Counted from the first letter of the stretch, positions 41,859 through 52,925 are shown. The stretch is 64,000 nt of DNA from Promethearchaeota archaeon (GCA_048937405.1 JBHLNF010000001.1:784785-848784); one strand, 5' to 3'. A program made the numbers and translations. The notes: a model not told the origin generated them from the sequence alone.

Positions 41859-43121
41859 ATGGTAACTTATTGGGCGCCTTTATTACATGCTTACCAGCCA
41901 CCGACTCAAGATTTTAAAGTTTTAAAAGATATTGATAAAGAATGTTATAAACCAGTATTTTCACTTCTGGAAAAATATGATGATATTCAAATTACCTTAA
42001 ATATCAATGGAGTTCTTATTGAGTTATTTTATCAATTTGGATTATCAGATACAATTGATTTAATAAAGAAATTGGTTGCTGAGAGAAAAATTGAAATAGC
42101 TGGGACTGCAAAATATCATCCAATTCTTCCTCTTATTCCTCAAAAGGAAGTTCAACATCAAATTCAGATGAATGAAGAATTAAATAGAAAAGAATTTAGT
42201 CGCTGGGAAAAAAAGGGTTTTTTTCCTCCAGAATTGGCAATCTCAGGAAGTTTAGTTAAAGAAATTCGTCAATTAGGATATAAATGGGTAATTTTAAGTG
42301 GTATCGCATGTCCAGCAGAGTGGACATATGACAAGATCTATGCATCTCCTAATGGCCTTCAATTATACTTTAGAGATGATATCCTAAGTAATAAAATTGC
42401 ATTCAAAGATATAACAGCAAAAGAATTTATCAAAGCTTTACTAAAAATGTATAAGAATGAAAAAGATATTATAGAAAATGATACATACATCATTTCTGCA
42501 TTAGATATTGAGACATTTGGGCATCATATTAAAAAGTATGAAAAAATCTTTTTAGGTAAAACCCTTGATCTAATTACTATTGATGATAAAATCAAAACTA
42601 TTTTTATTTCAGATTTAAATCAGTATTTTCCAATAGCCAAGAAAAAAATTATTCCAAGAGAGTCAAGTTGGAGTACAACTTATGAAGATATTAAAAAGAA
42701 TATCCCATATCCTCTTTGGGATCATCCAGATAATAGTGTGCATAAATATTATTGGAAACTTATGAAAAGTCTAAATAATTTAATATATTTATCAGATAAT
42801 TTAGATCTTACATTGGATTGGGAAGTAGCTAATTATTACAATACAGCTAGATATTTCTATGATCGTGGTATTTATTCTTGTCCTATGTGGTGGTCTAATC
42901 CTCTTAATGGCACTTGGTCTCCAAATTTAATATACAAAGGTCTTGAAATTCTAATGAGATCGGCATTAAATGCTCAAATGGCATTAGTTTATGCTGGTAA
43001 ATCAGATTTAGGTGAAAGTTATTTTGATTCAATTTCTTATTATCACGGTCTTTTGCTTATGGAATTGAATAACATTACAAAAAAGAATTTAAAAGAATCT
43101 AATCAGAATAGATCTACATAA
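41859..43121 (+). CDS. Glycoside hydrolase family 57
   Basis: HAYQP, YHPILPL, FFPPELA, ALDIETFGHH, SSW. Confidence 0.9.
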   Translation: MVTYWAPLLHAYQPPTQDFKVLKDIDKECYKPVFSLLEKYDDIQITLNINGVLIELFYQFGLSDTIDLIKKLVAERKIEIAGTAKYHPILPLIPQKEVQHQIQMNEELNRKEFSRWEKKGFFPPELAISGSLVKEIRQLGYKWVILSGIACPAEWTYDKIYASPNGLQLYFRDDILSNKIAFKDITAKEFIKALLKMYKNEKDIIENDTYIISALDIETFGHHIKKYEKIFLGKTLDLITIDDKIKTIFISDLNQYFPIAKKKIIPRESSWSTTYEDIKKNIPYPLWDHPDNSVHKYYWKLMKSLNNLIYLSDNLDLTLDWEVANYYNTARYFYDRGIYSCPMWWSNPLNGTWSPNLIYKGLEILMRSALNAQMALVYAGKSDLGESYFDSISYYHGLLLMELNNITKKNLKESNQNRST

Positions 43122-43309
43122 ATCTTATCAATGTTCTCTTGAAAAATAGTTATTTAATTCATTTTTTTAATATTTTTTTTTATATCTACATTTCTATTCA
43201 CATTGATATCTAATGACTTTAATAAAATGCAAGCAAAAATTATATAATTTCTGATTTATATAATTTACAAAATATATAATGAAAAAGAAATAAAGCATAA
43301 ACCTGAAAA

Positions 43310-44371
43310 ATGTCAGAAAATATTGAAAAGAAGATAAAATACTGTGTTTACTGTGGAGTGGAAGTGCCAGAAAATAAGACTTATTGTCCAAAATGTGGAA
43401 AATTAATAGTTAAAATTGATTCTAAAAAAACAGAACAGAAACCTGCAATGATTCAAAAAATGGATATTTCAAGAAAATGTCCTGGATGTGGATCTATAAT
43501 AACATCTACAATTATCGATCAATGTCCGATATGTGATACACCATTAGAGAAGATTTCTGATGTCAAAAAAGTATTAATTCAGAAAAAACCTGGCTTAATT
43601 TTTACAGAAAAAAAACTTGTACCTGAAGAAGATTTAGTATTAAAAAAAGATGTATGGAATCTGAAAGAAGGTATTAATGTTTTTCTGACTAGTATCTATG
43701 TTTTAATAATTATCTATTTTTTATTATATGCTTTTATTTCATTTCAAGCAGATACAACTACTATTGATGTTAGTATTCAACAAATCTTATTATTCCAGAT
43801 ACCTGATTTAATTTTTGGTGTGTATCCAATTTGGTATATATATAATAAAAAACATCATTTTAATAAATTAGGATTTAAACTGAAATCCAAAAAAATTCTT
43901 ATCGCTCTTATTCTTGGAGCAATAGGTACTGCTGATTTATTAGTAATTAATTTTTTCTCTGATTTTTTTATAGATTACCTTTCAGATGTAGGTTTTAATT
44001 TTTTACAAGTTACTGAGAGCATTAGCGAGCAAAATCAGGTGATTAAGGAGGCGGAACTATTATGGAAAATTCTATTTATTATAGTAGTTTGTATAGGAAC
44101 AATTTCTTCGGAGATTGTATTTAGAGGGGTATTACATAACACTTTAAAACAAAAATTTCAATCAAATTTTTATGTTATTCTAATAGTTGCTCTTGTATAT
44201 TCATTTATAGTACTAATATTTTCTTTTCAAATTGGATTGATATTATTTCTGGCAAATTTCTTATCTTTTGTAATCTTAGGTCTTCTTTACGAGTGGAATG
44301 GAAATATTCTTAATACAATGATTGCAAATGTCGCATTTAATATTTTGATAATATTCCTTTTTTATTTTTAA
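43310..44371 (+). CDS. Double zinc-ribbon plus CPBP/Abi (CAAX protease-like) membrane protein, catalytic motifs degenerate
   Basis: Four CxxC motifs, then SSEIVFRG (EE to SE) and ANVAFN (HxxxN His lost). Confidence 0.8.
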   Translation: MSENIEKKIKYCVYCGVEVPENKTYCPKCGKLIVKIDSKKTEQKPAMIQKMDISRKCPGCGSIITSTIIDQCPICDTPLEKISDVKKVLIQKKPGLIFTEKKLVPEEDLVLKKDVWNLKEGINVFLTSIYVLIIIYFLLYAFISFQADTTTIDVSIQQILLFQIPDLIFGVYPIWYIYNKKHHFNKLGFKLKSKKILIALILGAIGTADLLVINFFSDFFIDYLSDVGFNFLQVTESISEQNQVIKEAELLWKILFIIVVCIGTISSEIVFRGVLHNTLKQKFQSNFYVILIVALVYSFIVLIFSFQIGLILFLANFLSFVILGLLYEWNGNILNTMIANVAFNILIIFLFYF

Positions 44372-44480
44372 TTTTGACACTACATTACCTCTTAAATATA
44401 AAATTTTAATAATAAGGAAAATCAATAATCTCAATAGTTTTATTAACACGACTTGATCTTCCTGATTCGGAGAAAAAATT

Positions 44481-45191
44481 TTGAGTAAAACTATTTATAG
44501 AAATAAAGGGTCAAAAGATAATATAGTCATATCTATTGCAGGTGTTCATGGTGTGGGAAAAACAACAGTTTTCAATCTTCTTAAATCAAAAGTTAAGGAA
44601 AATAATAAATTTAGATTTTTTCCTGAAAGATATATAAAAAATCCCCCTTTTCCCTTTGGTTCTTCGGATAAACAGATTGGTTTTCGAAGCGAGCTTCATT
44701 TTCTTCAACAATTAATTAGACGTAATCAAAATATTACCAATTTTGACAACAAATATAATGGTAGAATTATTATCTTAGATAGAACGCCTTTATGTGTTTT
44801 AATTTATTCCAAAAGTTTAAACCTAAAAGAAAAAGACTATAATCTTATTTTAGACACATACAATTCCATCCAATGGAAAGAAGATTATATTTTCTATTTA
44901 TACGCTAATCCGAATACGATTATGAAACGTATAATCCAAAGGGGGTCTTTAGAAAAAATAAGAAAAGATTGGAATGAAGAAGATAAAGAATACTTGCTAA
45001 CTATTATTTCTTATTATAGAAAATATCTTTCAACTAAAGAGAATATTTTTATGCTTGATACAGATAACCAGAATCCGGAACAAGTTATTAATGAGATAAA
45101 AAAATTAATAACACAGGTATCTGGATATTCCTTTGATAAATCAGATAATTCTATTTCAACCCAAATGAATATTTTAAAATTTTTAAAATAA
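44481..45191 (+). CDS. Deoxynucleoside/thymidylate kinase family P-loop protein
   Basis: GVHGVGKTT, ILDR, RIIQRG. Confidence 0.82.
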   Translation: MSKTIYRNKGSKDNIVISIAGVHGVGKTTVFNLLKSKVKENNKFRFFPERYIKNPPFPFGSSDKQIGFRSELHFLQQLIRRNQNITNFDNKYNGRIIILDRTPLCVLIYSKSLNLKEKDYNLILDTYNSIQWKEDYIFYLYANPNTIMKRIIQRGSLEKIRKDWNEEDKEYLLTIISYYRKYLSTKENIFMLDTDNQNPEQVINEIKKLITQVSGYSFDKSDNSISTQMNILKFLK

Positions 45192-45291
45192 GATGACAAT
45201 AAAATATATTAAAATAGTCTTTCTATTTATACATAAATCTAGATTAAATAAATCGTGTATATTCTGATAATATTATAAAGGGAAAAAATAA

Positions 45292-46278
45292 ATGTCTACA
45301 ATTGCAGAAGATATCCGCATAAAAATGATGGGTGTTTTAAAAGAAGAAGAAGAAAATACTGATTTAGAAAATCTCGCAGTTTTATCTCGAGTAGGAATGA
45401 AAATAGCCAGTGCTAAATCTTCAGAATTGGATGCTGATGCAACTTCAGCGTCTAGTACTGCTTTAATAGATCTAGGACTAAGACTTAACCAAGCAACGGT
45501 TCATGGGGCATTAACAGAAATTATATTGCATAACACATCAGGTTATAGTATTTTGGTAGCAATTAATGATGAATATATAGTTTTTGGAGGATTAAGAGCG
45601 ATTTATAGAATTGGCTATTATCTCGGGTACTTGAGAGAGTTAGCAAAAAAGCTGAATAGATTGATTTCAGGAGATCAAGAAACTGAGATGATGCTTTCAC
45701 TTGAAGAATCTGAAATCAGAAAGATTGAACAACAAAAAGCAGATGAGGAAGAAAAAGCTATTGTAAAACCCTCAATAGCACAAGATAAAGCTGCTTTAGA
45801 TGATCTTTTAGGATTCTTAGATGACTGGGAACAGGAAGGAGAGGATTTTGAGGAACTTGAAGTAACTACTGAAAACAATATTGTTTCAATACCAAAATCA
45901 ATGGGTTTAGGGATTAATAAAGAAGTAAAAGTGGCTGTTGAATCTGATGTAAATCAAGTAACCGAAGGCACTACTCCTGGATCTCGGTTTAAAGTTTATG
46001 ATGATGAAATTCCTCCAATTCCTCTTAATGATTACACTCCAATGGAAATTGATGAAGAATCAACTACGGAGGCTCCAAATATTGCTTCTCAAGAACCTAT
46101 TTCAACACATAAATTTCCATCCTTGGCTGAATTACCTTCTTTTGATGAATTAGCTCCACCTGACTTTGATTCAGAAATTTCTGCATCCGAATATGATACA
46201 GAATTTGTATTAGAGGAAGAATCAGAAACTTTAGGTTCAGTTTTAAAAGATCTTGGTTGGGATCAAGAAGAAGATTAG
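45292..46278 (+). CDS. Roadblock/LC7-like domain protein with a long acidic disordered tail
   Basis: LAVLSRVGMKIAS...SASSTALIDLG...LTEIILHNTSGYSILVAI roadblock pattern; ~190-aa D/E/P-rich tail. Confidence 0.8.
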   Translation: MSTIAEDIRIKMMGVLKEEEENTDLENLAVLSRVGMKIASAKSSELDADATSASSTALIDLGLRLNQATVHGALTEIILHNTSGYSILVAINDEYIVFGGLRAIYRIGYYLGYLRELAKKLNRLISGDQETEMMLSLEESEIRKIEQQKADEEEKAIVKPSIAQDKAALDDLLGFLDDWEQEGEDFEELEVTTENNIVSIPKSMGLGINKEVKVAVESDVNQVTEGTTPGSRFKVYDDEIPPIPLNDYTPMEIDEESTTEAPNIASQEPISTHKFPSLAELPSFDELAPPDFDSEISASEYDTEFVLEEESETLGSVLKDLGWDQEED

Positions 46279-46593
46279 CTCTTACTGATATTGTTTTTAA
46301 AGTTAATATATTATTACTTTTGGTTTTTTACGTCTTTTTTTAAACTCAGTTATAATCTAATATCTAAAGAATATATTTTTAAATTTTAAATAATCAATTT
46401 TCCACTTCTATACAAAGAAATGTGTTAAATTAGATTTTGATTGGGAAAAAAATAGCTAAAAAGAATTGGTTTTTTTATTTCAGTTATTTTTCTGAAGGAT
46501 TTAAGAAATTTTCAATTAATCATCTTTATCTCATTTCAACTGTTAATAAAATAAAGTTTTTAGAATAAGTTTAGTACTAATTCTTTTAATGAT

Positions 46594-46827
46594 TTAATAT
46601 CTTCTATCTTTTGAAACTACCTTTACATTTAAAGCTTCAGGTCCCTTTCCATTTTTTGATTGTTTTAGTTCAAATTCTACCTCATCGCCCATATCGAGCT
46701 TTTTAAAACCATCCATTTCAACATTGGAAAAATGAACAAAAACATCTTCCTGATCTTTAACACTGATGAAACCATATCCTTTTTTAGCATCAAACCATTT
46801 AACAAATCCGACTTTCATATCTGACAT
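46594..46827 (-). CDS. csp: Cold-shock domain protein
   Basis: GFVKWFDAKKGYGFI, DVFVHFS, KGPEALNV. Confidence 0.96.
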   Translation of the reverse strand: MSDMKVGFVKWFDAKKGYGFISVKDQEDVFVHFSNVEMDGFKKLDMGDEVEFELKQSKNGKGPEALNVKVVSKDRRY

Positions 46828-47015
46828 TTGTAATTCTCTTGTTATTGATTTTTATTTCATTATATAATATTACCAAAAATCTTCTTAGGATATTTTATAA
46901 CAGTAATATTAATTGAAATTAAATAAAAAAATAAATTTTTATTTTTAAAATTTATTTAAACACACCTTCTTCATCAAAAAATCAATAAATCATTAAATAC
47001 TTTTTTTATACAAGT

Positions 47016-48374
47016 ATGATTTTCAATAAGGTTCTAGAAATTTATCAAAAATACCACATATGTATTCACTGTTTGGGGAGAATGTTTTCACTTCTAGCAA
47101 CAGATACAACTAACTATGAAAGAGGGAATTCCTTATTGCTTTCAATAACTATGGAAAACCATAAAAATTATATTAGTGGAAATGATGCTTTACAAAAAGA
47201 ATCAATCAATAATTTGAAATTACTAGCCGAAAATGCATGTTATAATCCCGCTCAGAAGGTTTTAACCAAGGAAGGATTGGGATATTTAAAAAATAACATA
47301 AATCAAATATGCCATCTATGTAATAACATTTTTGACACCATCCAAAAATATGTGAATAAAACCAAAGAAGTACTTAAAGAAATTGAATTTAATAATTTTT
47401 TAATTGGATCGAGCCCAGAATCAAGAATAATCAATCGAGAAGACAAATTCAAAGTAGAATTCAATCTTTTAGAAGCAGAATCCTTTAAAAGTCATATTAA
47501 TCGAGTAATTGGGAAAAAACTGCAAGCTGCAATTGGCAAACCTCCAGAATTCAATAATCCTGACATTTTAATTATATACTCTATTGATTATGATTCTTTT
47601 GATTTTAACATAATATTCAAATCTCTTTTTATATATGGAACGTATAATAAACTAATAAGAGGTATCCCTCAAACCCATTGGTTTTGTAGAATTTGTAAAG
47701 GAAATGGATGTAAAGAATGTAATTTTACTGGTAAACAATATTTATCAAGTGTAGAAGATTTAATTAGCCCCTACTTTATTAAAGAAACAAAATCAAGTGA
47801 TTCAAAGTTTCATGGCGCTGGAAGAGAAGATATTGATGTAAAAATGTTAGGTTTAGGAAGACCTTTTATTCTTGAATTAAGAAATCCTAAAAAAAGAAAT
47901 ATAAATTTAACCAAAATCGAAAAAAAAGTTAATAAAAAAAATAGAAAAAAGATTCAAATCAGGAATTTAAAGTATAGTAATAAGCGTGAAGTAATTAAGC
48001 TTAAATCTGAAGCAAAAAACACCAAGAAAATTTATAAAGCGATAGTATTAGCTGAAACTAAAATTAATAGAAATCAATTTGATCAAAAACTACTGAAATT
48101 GAAAAAGATCTTTAACAATTGTAAAATTAAACAAAGAACTCCATACAGAGTCTCTCACCGTCGAGCAGATAAAATACGTCAAAAAATTATTTACAGTGTT
48201 GAAGGAAAATTTATTAAAAAGAATCTATTCGAATTTAAAATAATCTCTCAAGGTGGAACTTATATAAAAGAATTGATAAATGGAGATGAAGGACGTACAT
48301 CTCCTTCTTTTTCAGAAATTTTTGAAACTAAATTAGTATGTAAAGATTTAGATGTACTAGGAGTATCACTATAG
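47016..48374 (+). CDS. pus10: tRNA pseudouridine(54/55) synthase Pus10
   Basis: CIHCLGR, YNKLIRGIPQTHW, FHGAGREDIDV, QRTPYRVSHRRAD, GGTYIKELINGD. Confidence 0.96.
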   Translation: MIFNKVLEIYQKYHICIHCLGRMFSLLATDTTNYERGNSLLLSITMENHKNYISGNDALQKESINNLKLLAENACYNPAQKVLTKEGLGYLKNNINQICHLCNNIFDTIQKYVNKTKEVLKEIEFNNFLIGSSPESRIINREDKFKVEFNLLEAESFKSHINRVIGKKLQAAIGKPPEFNNPDILIIYSIDYDSFDFNIIFKSLFIYGTYNKLIRGIPQTHWFCRICKGNGCKECNFTGKQYLSSVEDLISPYFIKETKSSDSKFHGAGREDIDVKMLGLGRPFILELRNPKKRNINLTKIEKKVNKKNRKKIQIRNLKYSNKREVIKLKSEAKNTKKIYKAIVLAETKINRNQFDQKLLKLKKIFNNCKIKQRTPYRVSHRRADKIRQKIIYSVEGKFIKKNLFEFKIISQGGTYIKELINGDEGRTSPSFSEIFETKLVCKDLDVLGVSL

Positions 48375-48490
48375 TGCTTGTTTTTCATCTTAGACTTCGT
48401 TTTAAATCAAAAAATAAATAAATTATGATACATAATTCTACCAAATCAATTATGTTATTTTTGCATAAACAATTATTAAGGTGTATTGAA

Positions 48491-48802
48491 TTGGTTAAAC
48501 ATAGAGGATATCGTACAAAAACAAGACATAAACATAGAAGAAATGTCCGTAATAGAGGATTAACTTCTGTCGAGAAATATTTAATAGATTATAAAATTGA
48601 CGATAAAGTTGATATTATTACAGATTCTTCACAACATAAGCGAGGAATGCCCCATTCTAGGTATCATGGTCGTACAGGGACCATTATTGGTCAACGAGGG
48701 CGTTGTTATCTAGTTGATGTAAAATTAGGAAACTCTAAAAAGACCTTGATAATAGGGAGAGAACATTTAAGATTAAATTCATTATCAAATAAAATAAACT
48801 AA
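48491..48802 (+). CDS. rpl21e: 50S ribosomal protein L21e
   Basis: GYRTKTR, GMPHSRYHGRTG, EHLR; likely TTG start at 48491. Confidence 0.95.
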   Translation: MVKHRGYRTKTRHKHRRNVRNRGLTSVEKYLIDYKIDDKVDIITDSSQHKRGMPHSRYHGRTGTIIGQRGRCYLVDVKLGNSKKTLIIGREHLRLNSLSNKIN

Positions 48803-48821
48803 ATTTTTATAGAGATAAACT

Positions 48822-49187
48822 ATGTCTGGAAGAAAAATAGACGAGAAAATCGTTTCAATACCAGAAGTAAAAGAAATTATGGAAAACTTAAAAGATCATA
48901 TAACAGAAATTGATGCAGAAGAAGGGATGTCCCATTTTCAAGAAATAACCTATAATTATGTAAATAAATTTGCAAAGTATGATGTGAAAATAGCGCAGAA
49001 AATACAAAAATTACTAATTGAAAAGTATGAGATAGAGGAAATTTACGCTATTAATATTATAAATATAAATCCAAAAACAATCCCTGAACTTCGGATGATT
49101 TTGGAAAAATCTTTTGTTGGAAAAACTTTTGATGATGAACAATTACAAGAAATACTCTACCAAATAGAAGAAATAAAAACATCTTGA
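48822..49187 (+). CDS. rpo4: RNA polymerase subunit F (Rpo4)
   Basis: VSIPEVKEI, YVNKFAK, INPKTIPELR; conserved position after rpl21e. Confidence 0.9.
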   Translation: MSGRKIDEKIVSIPEVKEIMENLKDHITEIDAEEGMSHFQEITYNYVNKFAKYDVKIAQKIQKLLIEKYEIEEIYAINIININPKTIPELRMILEKSFVGKTFDDEQLQEILYQIEEIKTS

Positions 49188-49354
49188 ATTAAATCATATT
49201 TAATGAAAAATTTTAATTATTTTCTAAAAAATTAGAAGAATTTATAAGTTTCAATCTCTATAATTCTAATGAAGAATCTCTACTGTTAAAATAGATTATT
49301 ACAATTAAAATTCTGAAATGGTAATCGGAAAAGTAAAAAAACAGTTAACTAGTA

Positions 49355-49999
49355 ATGATGGAAAGAAGAGAGCGATACAGACGTCCTCCACGCAAAAGAG
49401 ATTATCGTGGTGGTCCGAAGAAAAAAAAACAATTTATAAAGAAGTTTCGGGAAGTAGTTATCTTAGATTCATTAATACATGGACATCCCGAAGAAGATAG
49501 ACCTAGTTGGGCTAAAACTCCAATTGCTCAAGTTCTTACTTTTCCAGATTTTGTACTTTATGAAGTTAAGCTAAATAAAACTTCAAATATTGAAGTACAA
49601 GAACAAAAAACATATGAAGAATTCTTGAATGAAGATAAATTAGGAGAAGTTTTGAAAAAGATTGACTATAATGATTTAACAAGTACATCAAAAGCTTTAA
49701 TACTGCCAATTCTTGAAAAAGAAGTTTTAAAATATGAAGAAGAATTTATTAGATTCTTCAATAACTCTACTTCAATAACTCCAAGAATGCATGCATTAAA
49801 ATTATTGCCCGGAGTTGGACAAAAACATATGTGGGAGATTCTTGATGCTAGAGAAAGACAAAAATTTGGAACGTTTCAAGATATCGCTGATAGAACGAGC
49901 ATTTCTAATCCAGCGAAACTAATTGCACAGAGAATTATTAAGGAACTTCAGCGAGATGTAAAATATTACCTTTTTAGCAAGACTCAAAAATATGAATGA
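49355..49999 (+). CDS. DUF655 family protein
   Basis: FFNNSTSITPRMHALKLLPGVGQK, RIIKEL; conserved position between rpo4 and ksgA. Confidence 0.9.
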   Translation: MMERRERYRRPPRKRDYRGGPKKKKQFIKKFREVVILDSLIHGHPEEDRPSWAKTPIAQVLTFPDFVLYEVKLNKTSNIEVQEQKTYEEFLNEDKLGEVLKKIDYNDLTSTSKALILPILEKEVLKYEEEFIRFFNNSTSITPRMHALKLLPGVGQKHMWEILDARERQKFGTFQDIADRTSISNPAKLIAQRIIKELQRDVKYYLFSKTQKYE

Positions 50000-50841
50000 G
50001 CCTTATGGATAAAAAAGAAGTACAACTTATTTTAAAACAACTTAAAATAACTCCAAATAAAAAATTAGGACAAAATTTCTTAATAGATAAAAATGTTGTT
50101 AAGAAAGTCATTTCGCTCTCAGAACTTTCTAATGATGACATTATTTTAGAAATTGGTCCTGGTTTAGGGGCTTTAACAAAAGAATTGGTAAAAAAGGTCA
50201 AAAAAATATATGCAATTGAAATAGATCGTCGCCTTGTTTCATATTTAAATAAAAAATTTTCAAATTTTGACAATATTGAGATTATTCATGGAAATATACT
50301 TGAATCAGAAATACCGTATTATAATAAAGTAGTATCCAATATTCCATATTCAATAACAGGACCAATCTTTGAAAGAATTTTTTACAAAAAAGATCCTCCA
50401 ACTGGTATTTTAATTATTGAAAAAAGTCTTTCAGAACGAATTTTTATATCAGATAATTATAAAAATTTTTCAAGAATTAGTGTTACTGCCAATATATTTA
50501 TAAATCCTTTATCTAAATCAACTATTTCAAGAATGAGCTTTTATCCTATTCCAAAGATACCATTATCACTAATTAAAATAATCCCAAAACAAAATATTAA
50601 TCCATTCCTAATGAAAAAAGATGCCATTGTCTTTTTTTTAAAATTTGTTGCGGGGATAATGCCATATAAAAACAAAAATATTGTAAATGCTTTAGATCTT
50701 TATTTCAAAACATCTAATAGAAAAAAATATACTAAAGAAGAAATCTTTATAATTTTAAATAAAAATAATTACGATAATAAAAAATTATTTAGCTATACAA
50801 TCGAGGAATTTATTGAGATTTGTAAATTATTTTATTCTTGA
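49996..50841 (+). CDS. rsmA: 16S rRNA dimethyladenosine transferase
   Basis: KKLGQNFLID, LEIGPGLGALT, AIEID, SNIPYSIT. Confidence 0.96.
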   Translation: MSLMDKKEVQLILKQLKITPNKKLGQNFLIDKNVVKKVISLSELSNDDIILEIGPGLGALTKELVKKVKKIYAIEIDRRLVSYLNKKFSNFDNIEIIHGNILESEIPYYNKVVSNIPYSITGPIFERIFYKKDPPTGILIIEKSLSERIFISDNYKNFSRISVTANIFINPLSKSTISRMSFYPIPKIPLSLIKIIPKQNINPFLMKKDAIVFFLKFVAGIMPYKNKNIVNALDLYFKTSNRKKYTKEEIFIILNKNNYDNKKLFSYTIEEFIEICKLFYS

Positions 50842-50858
50842 AATATAAATAATATTAA

Positions 50859-51554
50859 GTGATGAAAATAAATCTTCTAACCGATCCAATAATTAATTGT
50901 GATTTTAGTAGCGTTTACACTCCTTCTGATGATAGTTATTTAATAATTGACTATTTTAAACACAAAATTGATAATAATAATTTTGATGGGATTAAATTAA
51001 ACAAAATAAAAAATATACTGGATTTAGGTACTGGGACCGGAATAATTGCTATATTTTTGCAATTAATTAAATTAGAGAATTCAAACTTCAATCCAAAAAT
51101 ATATGCTTCTGATATCTTAGAAGATTCAATAAAATGTATGAGGTTGAATCAAAAGAGAAATAAAATGAATAATCAAATTACTCTACTAAACTCTGATTTA
51201 TTTAAATCCTTTCCGGATAAGTTGAAACACACCTTTAACATAATAATCTTTAATCCTCCATATCTACCTTCCTCCTCTTTAGTTAAGGAAAATCACAATA
51301 AACAGAATATTGATTTTAGTTGGGATGGTGGTTTAAAAGGATATGAAGTTTTAATTGATTTTCTTACCGTTGCCAAAACATTTCTAAATTTGAGAGAAGA
51401 ACACTATATCTATTTTATTAGTTCTAGCAGAACAAATCTGAAAGAACTAGATAAATCAATTATAAATCTAGGGTATACAAAGAGAATTGTTGCTAAAAAA
51501 CATATTTTTTTTGAAGATATTATTTTATATAGATTAAATATTAATTTCAGTTAA
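50859..51554 (+). CDS. HemK2/PrmC-like SAM-dependent methyltransferase
   Basis: VYTPSDDSYL, LDLGTGTG, FNPPYLP, WDGG. Confidence 0.92.
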   Translation: MMKINLLTDPIINCDFSSVYTPSDDSYLIIDYFKHKIDNNNFDGIKLNKIKNILDLGTGTGIIAIFLQLIKLENSNFNPKIYASDILEDSIKCMRLNQKRNKMNNQITLLNSDLFKSFPDKLKHTFNIIIFNPPYLPSSSLVKENHNKQNIDFSWDGGLKGYEVLIDFLTVAKTFLNLREEHYIYFISSSRTNLKELDKSIINLGYTKRIVAKKHIFFEDIILYRLNINFS

Positions 51555-52831
51555 AAAGGTCTTCTATTTCTTCTTTTTTCTAACAAAGAAATGCCATATA
51601 TGCCTAATGTTCTAGTTAAATTATTGAGTAATAAATCTACTTCTTTTGGTTTAAAGACGGCCCTCTTATGAGCTTCAATTTGAGGGATTGGTAAACCATA
51701 GTGTTCATTCAAACTTGAAATTGGTAATAGTATCGAAGATATTAAATCTGCTTTCTCTGAAGCTTTATTAAAACAGTGTTTTTCTTCCATAAAGAATTCT
51801 ATTCTACATGGAGTATCAAAATGAGTTGTTTTCAGATAAAAGGCATAAAATGACAAAGGAAAATAATAGGGAATTTCTTTTTTTATTCCAGTATCTCTAA
51901 TTTTATCGATCTCTCTCTTGCAATTGAATATACAAGTTCTTTCGGATTTTTCCAAGATTCGATTGAATAAATCAATATCAGAAAAAAATTCAATAATTTG
52001 TCGGTAATTTAAAGTAATAAAATCTGTTAATTTTGAATAATTAGGTTTTAATAATTGTATCGTATCTCTTATAATGTGTGATAAGGCAGATGTTCTTGTA
52101 TCTTTTATTGAACCAATTAATAATATCCCATTTTCTTTACAATTCAGATATAATTTATGGTATTCCTTTAATAGTTCATCATACTTTCTTGATATTTGAA
52201 GATCTTTTGAAAATAATAAATTTATTGGCATAATAACAATTGATCCATCAATTATTATCATATCAATTCCAGAAGATTTTTCTATTAGTCGATTTAAAAG
52301 ATTTATTTCCATGAAAGTCATATCAATAGAAATTTCGGTCTCAGTCGTAGTTTCATCTCGATTTAAAAAATTACTTTGAACATAATAATTATTAAAACCA
52401 CTGAGGTCTGGATAATAATCGATTTTTGCATTATGATTTTTTTGAAAATAATATTTTGCTACTATAGCCTTTAAAAATGAAAAATCTACATTCATGTATT
52501 TTTTCGTAACAGAGCTTCCATCTACGCTAACAACATTTAATCCCCGAATATTAGCACAGGATATCTTTTTTTTCAAGAATTTTTCTTTAATATAAAAATT
52601 GGGAGAATATATAAATTTTGTAAAATCTAAATTTTCAAGATTCTTCAAAATGCAATCTACAAAAGAATTTTTTAATTTTTCTATCTCTAAATATTCTTCA
52701 GCAATAACTTTAAGATCATTTAAAAGAAGTTGCTCTTTAGTTAATCCAAGATAATTAATTCTATCATTATCTCGTTTTACTATTTGAGAAGAATTCTTTT
52801 CTGATTCAATAAAATTATCTCCAATTGTCAT
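51551..52831 (-). CDS. nurA: NurA-family nuclease
   Basis: VSVDGS, IIDGS, GSIKD, YGLPIPQIEAH. Confidence 0.85.
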   Translation of the reverse strand: MTIGDNFIESEKNSSQIVKRDNDRINYLGLTKEQLLLNDLKVIAEEYLEIEKLKNSFVDCILKNLENLDFTKFIYSPNFYIKEKFLKKKISCANIRGLNVVSVDGSSVTKKYMNVDFSFLKAIVAKYYFQKNHNAKIDYYPDLSGFNNYYVQSNFLNRDETTTETEISIDMTFMEINLLNRLIEKSSGIDMIIIDGSIVIMPINLLFSKDLQISRKYDELLKEYHKLYLNCKENGILLIGSIKDTRTSALSHIIRDTIQLLKPNYSKLTDFITLNYRQIIEFFSDIDLFNRILEKSERTCIFNCKREIDKIRDTGIKKEIPYYFPLSFYAFYLKTTHFDTPCRIEFFMEEKHCFNKASEKADLISSILLPISSLNEHYGLPIPQIEAHKRAVFKPKEVDLLLNNLTRTLGIYGISLLEKRRNRRPF

Positions 52832-52925
52832 TTAGTAGTAAAATTATTAGAATTAATATTAATAATAATGAGATATTTAATTTTTTGATTTATTAGGACT
52901 TATCAATAATGATAAAATAAGGAAA

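Noticed and set aside
47016-51554. pus10-rpl21e-rpo4-DUF655-rsmA-hemK cluster as a novel system
   Set aside because: A well-known conserved archaeal gene neighbourhood
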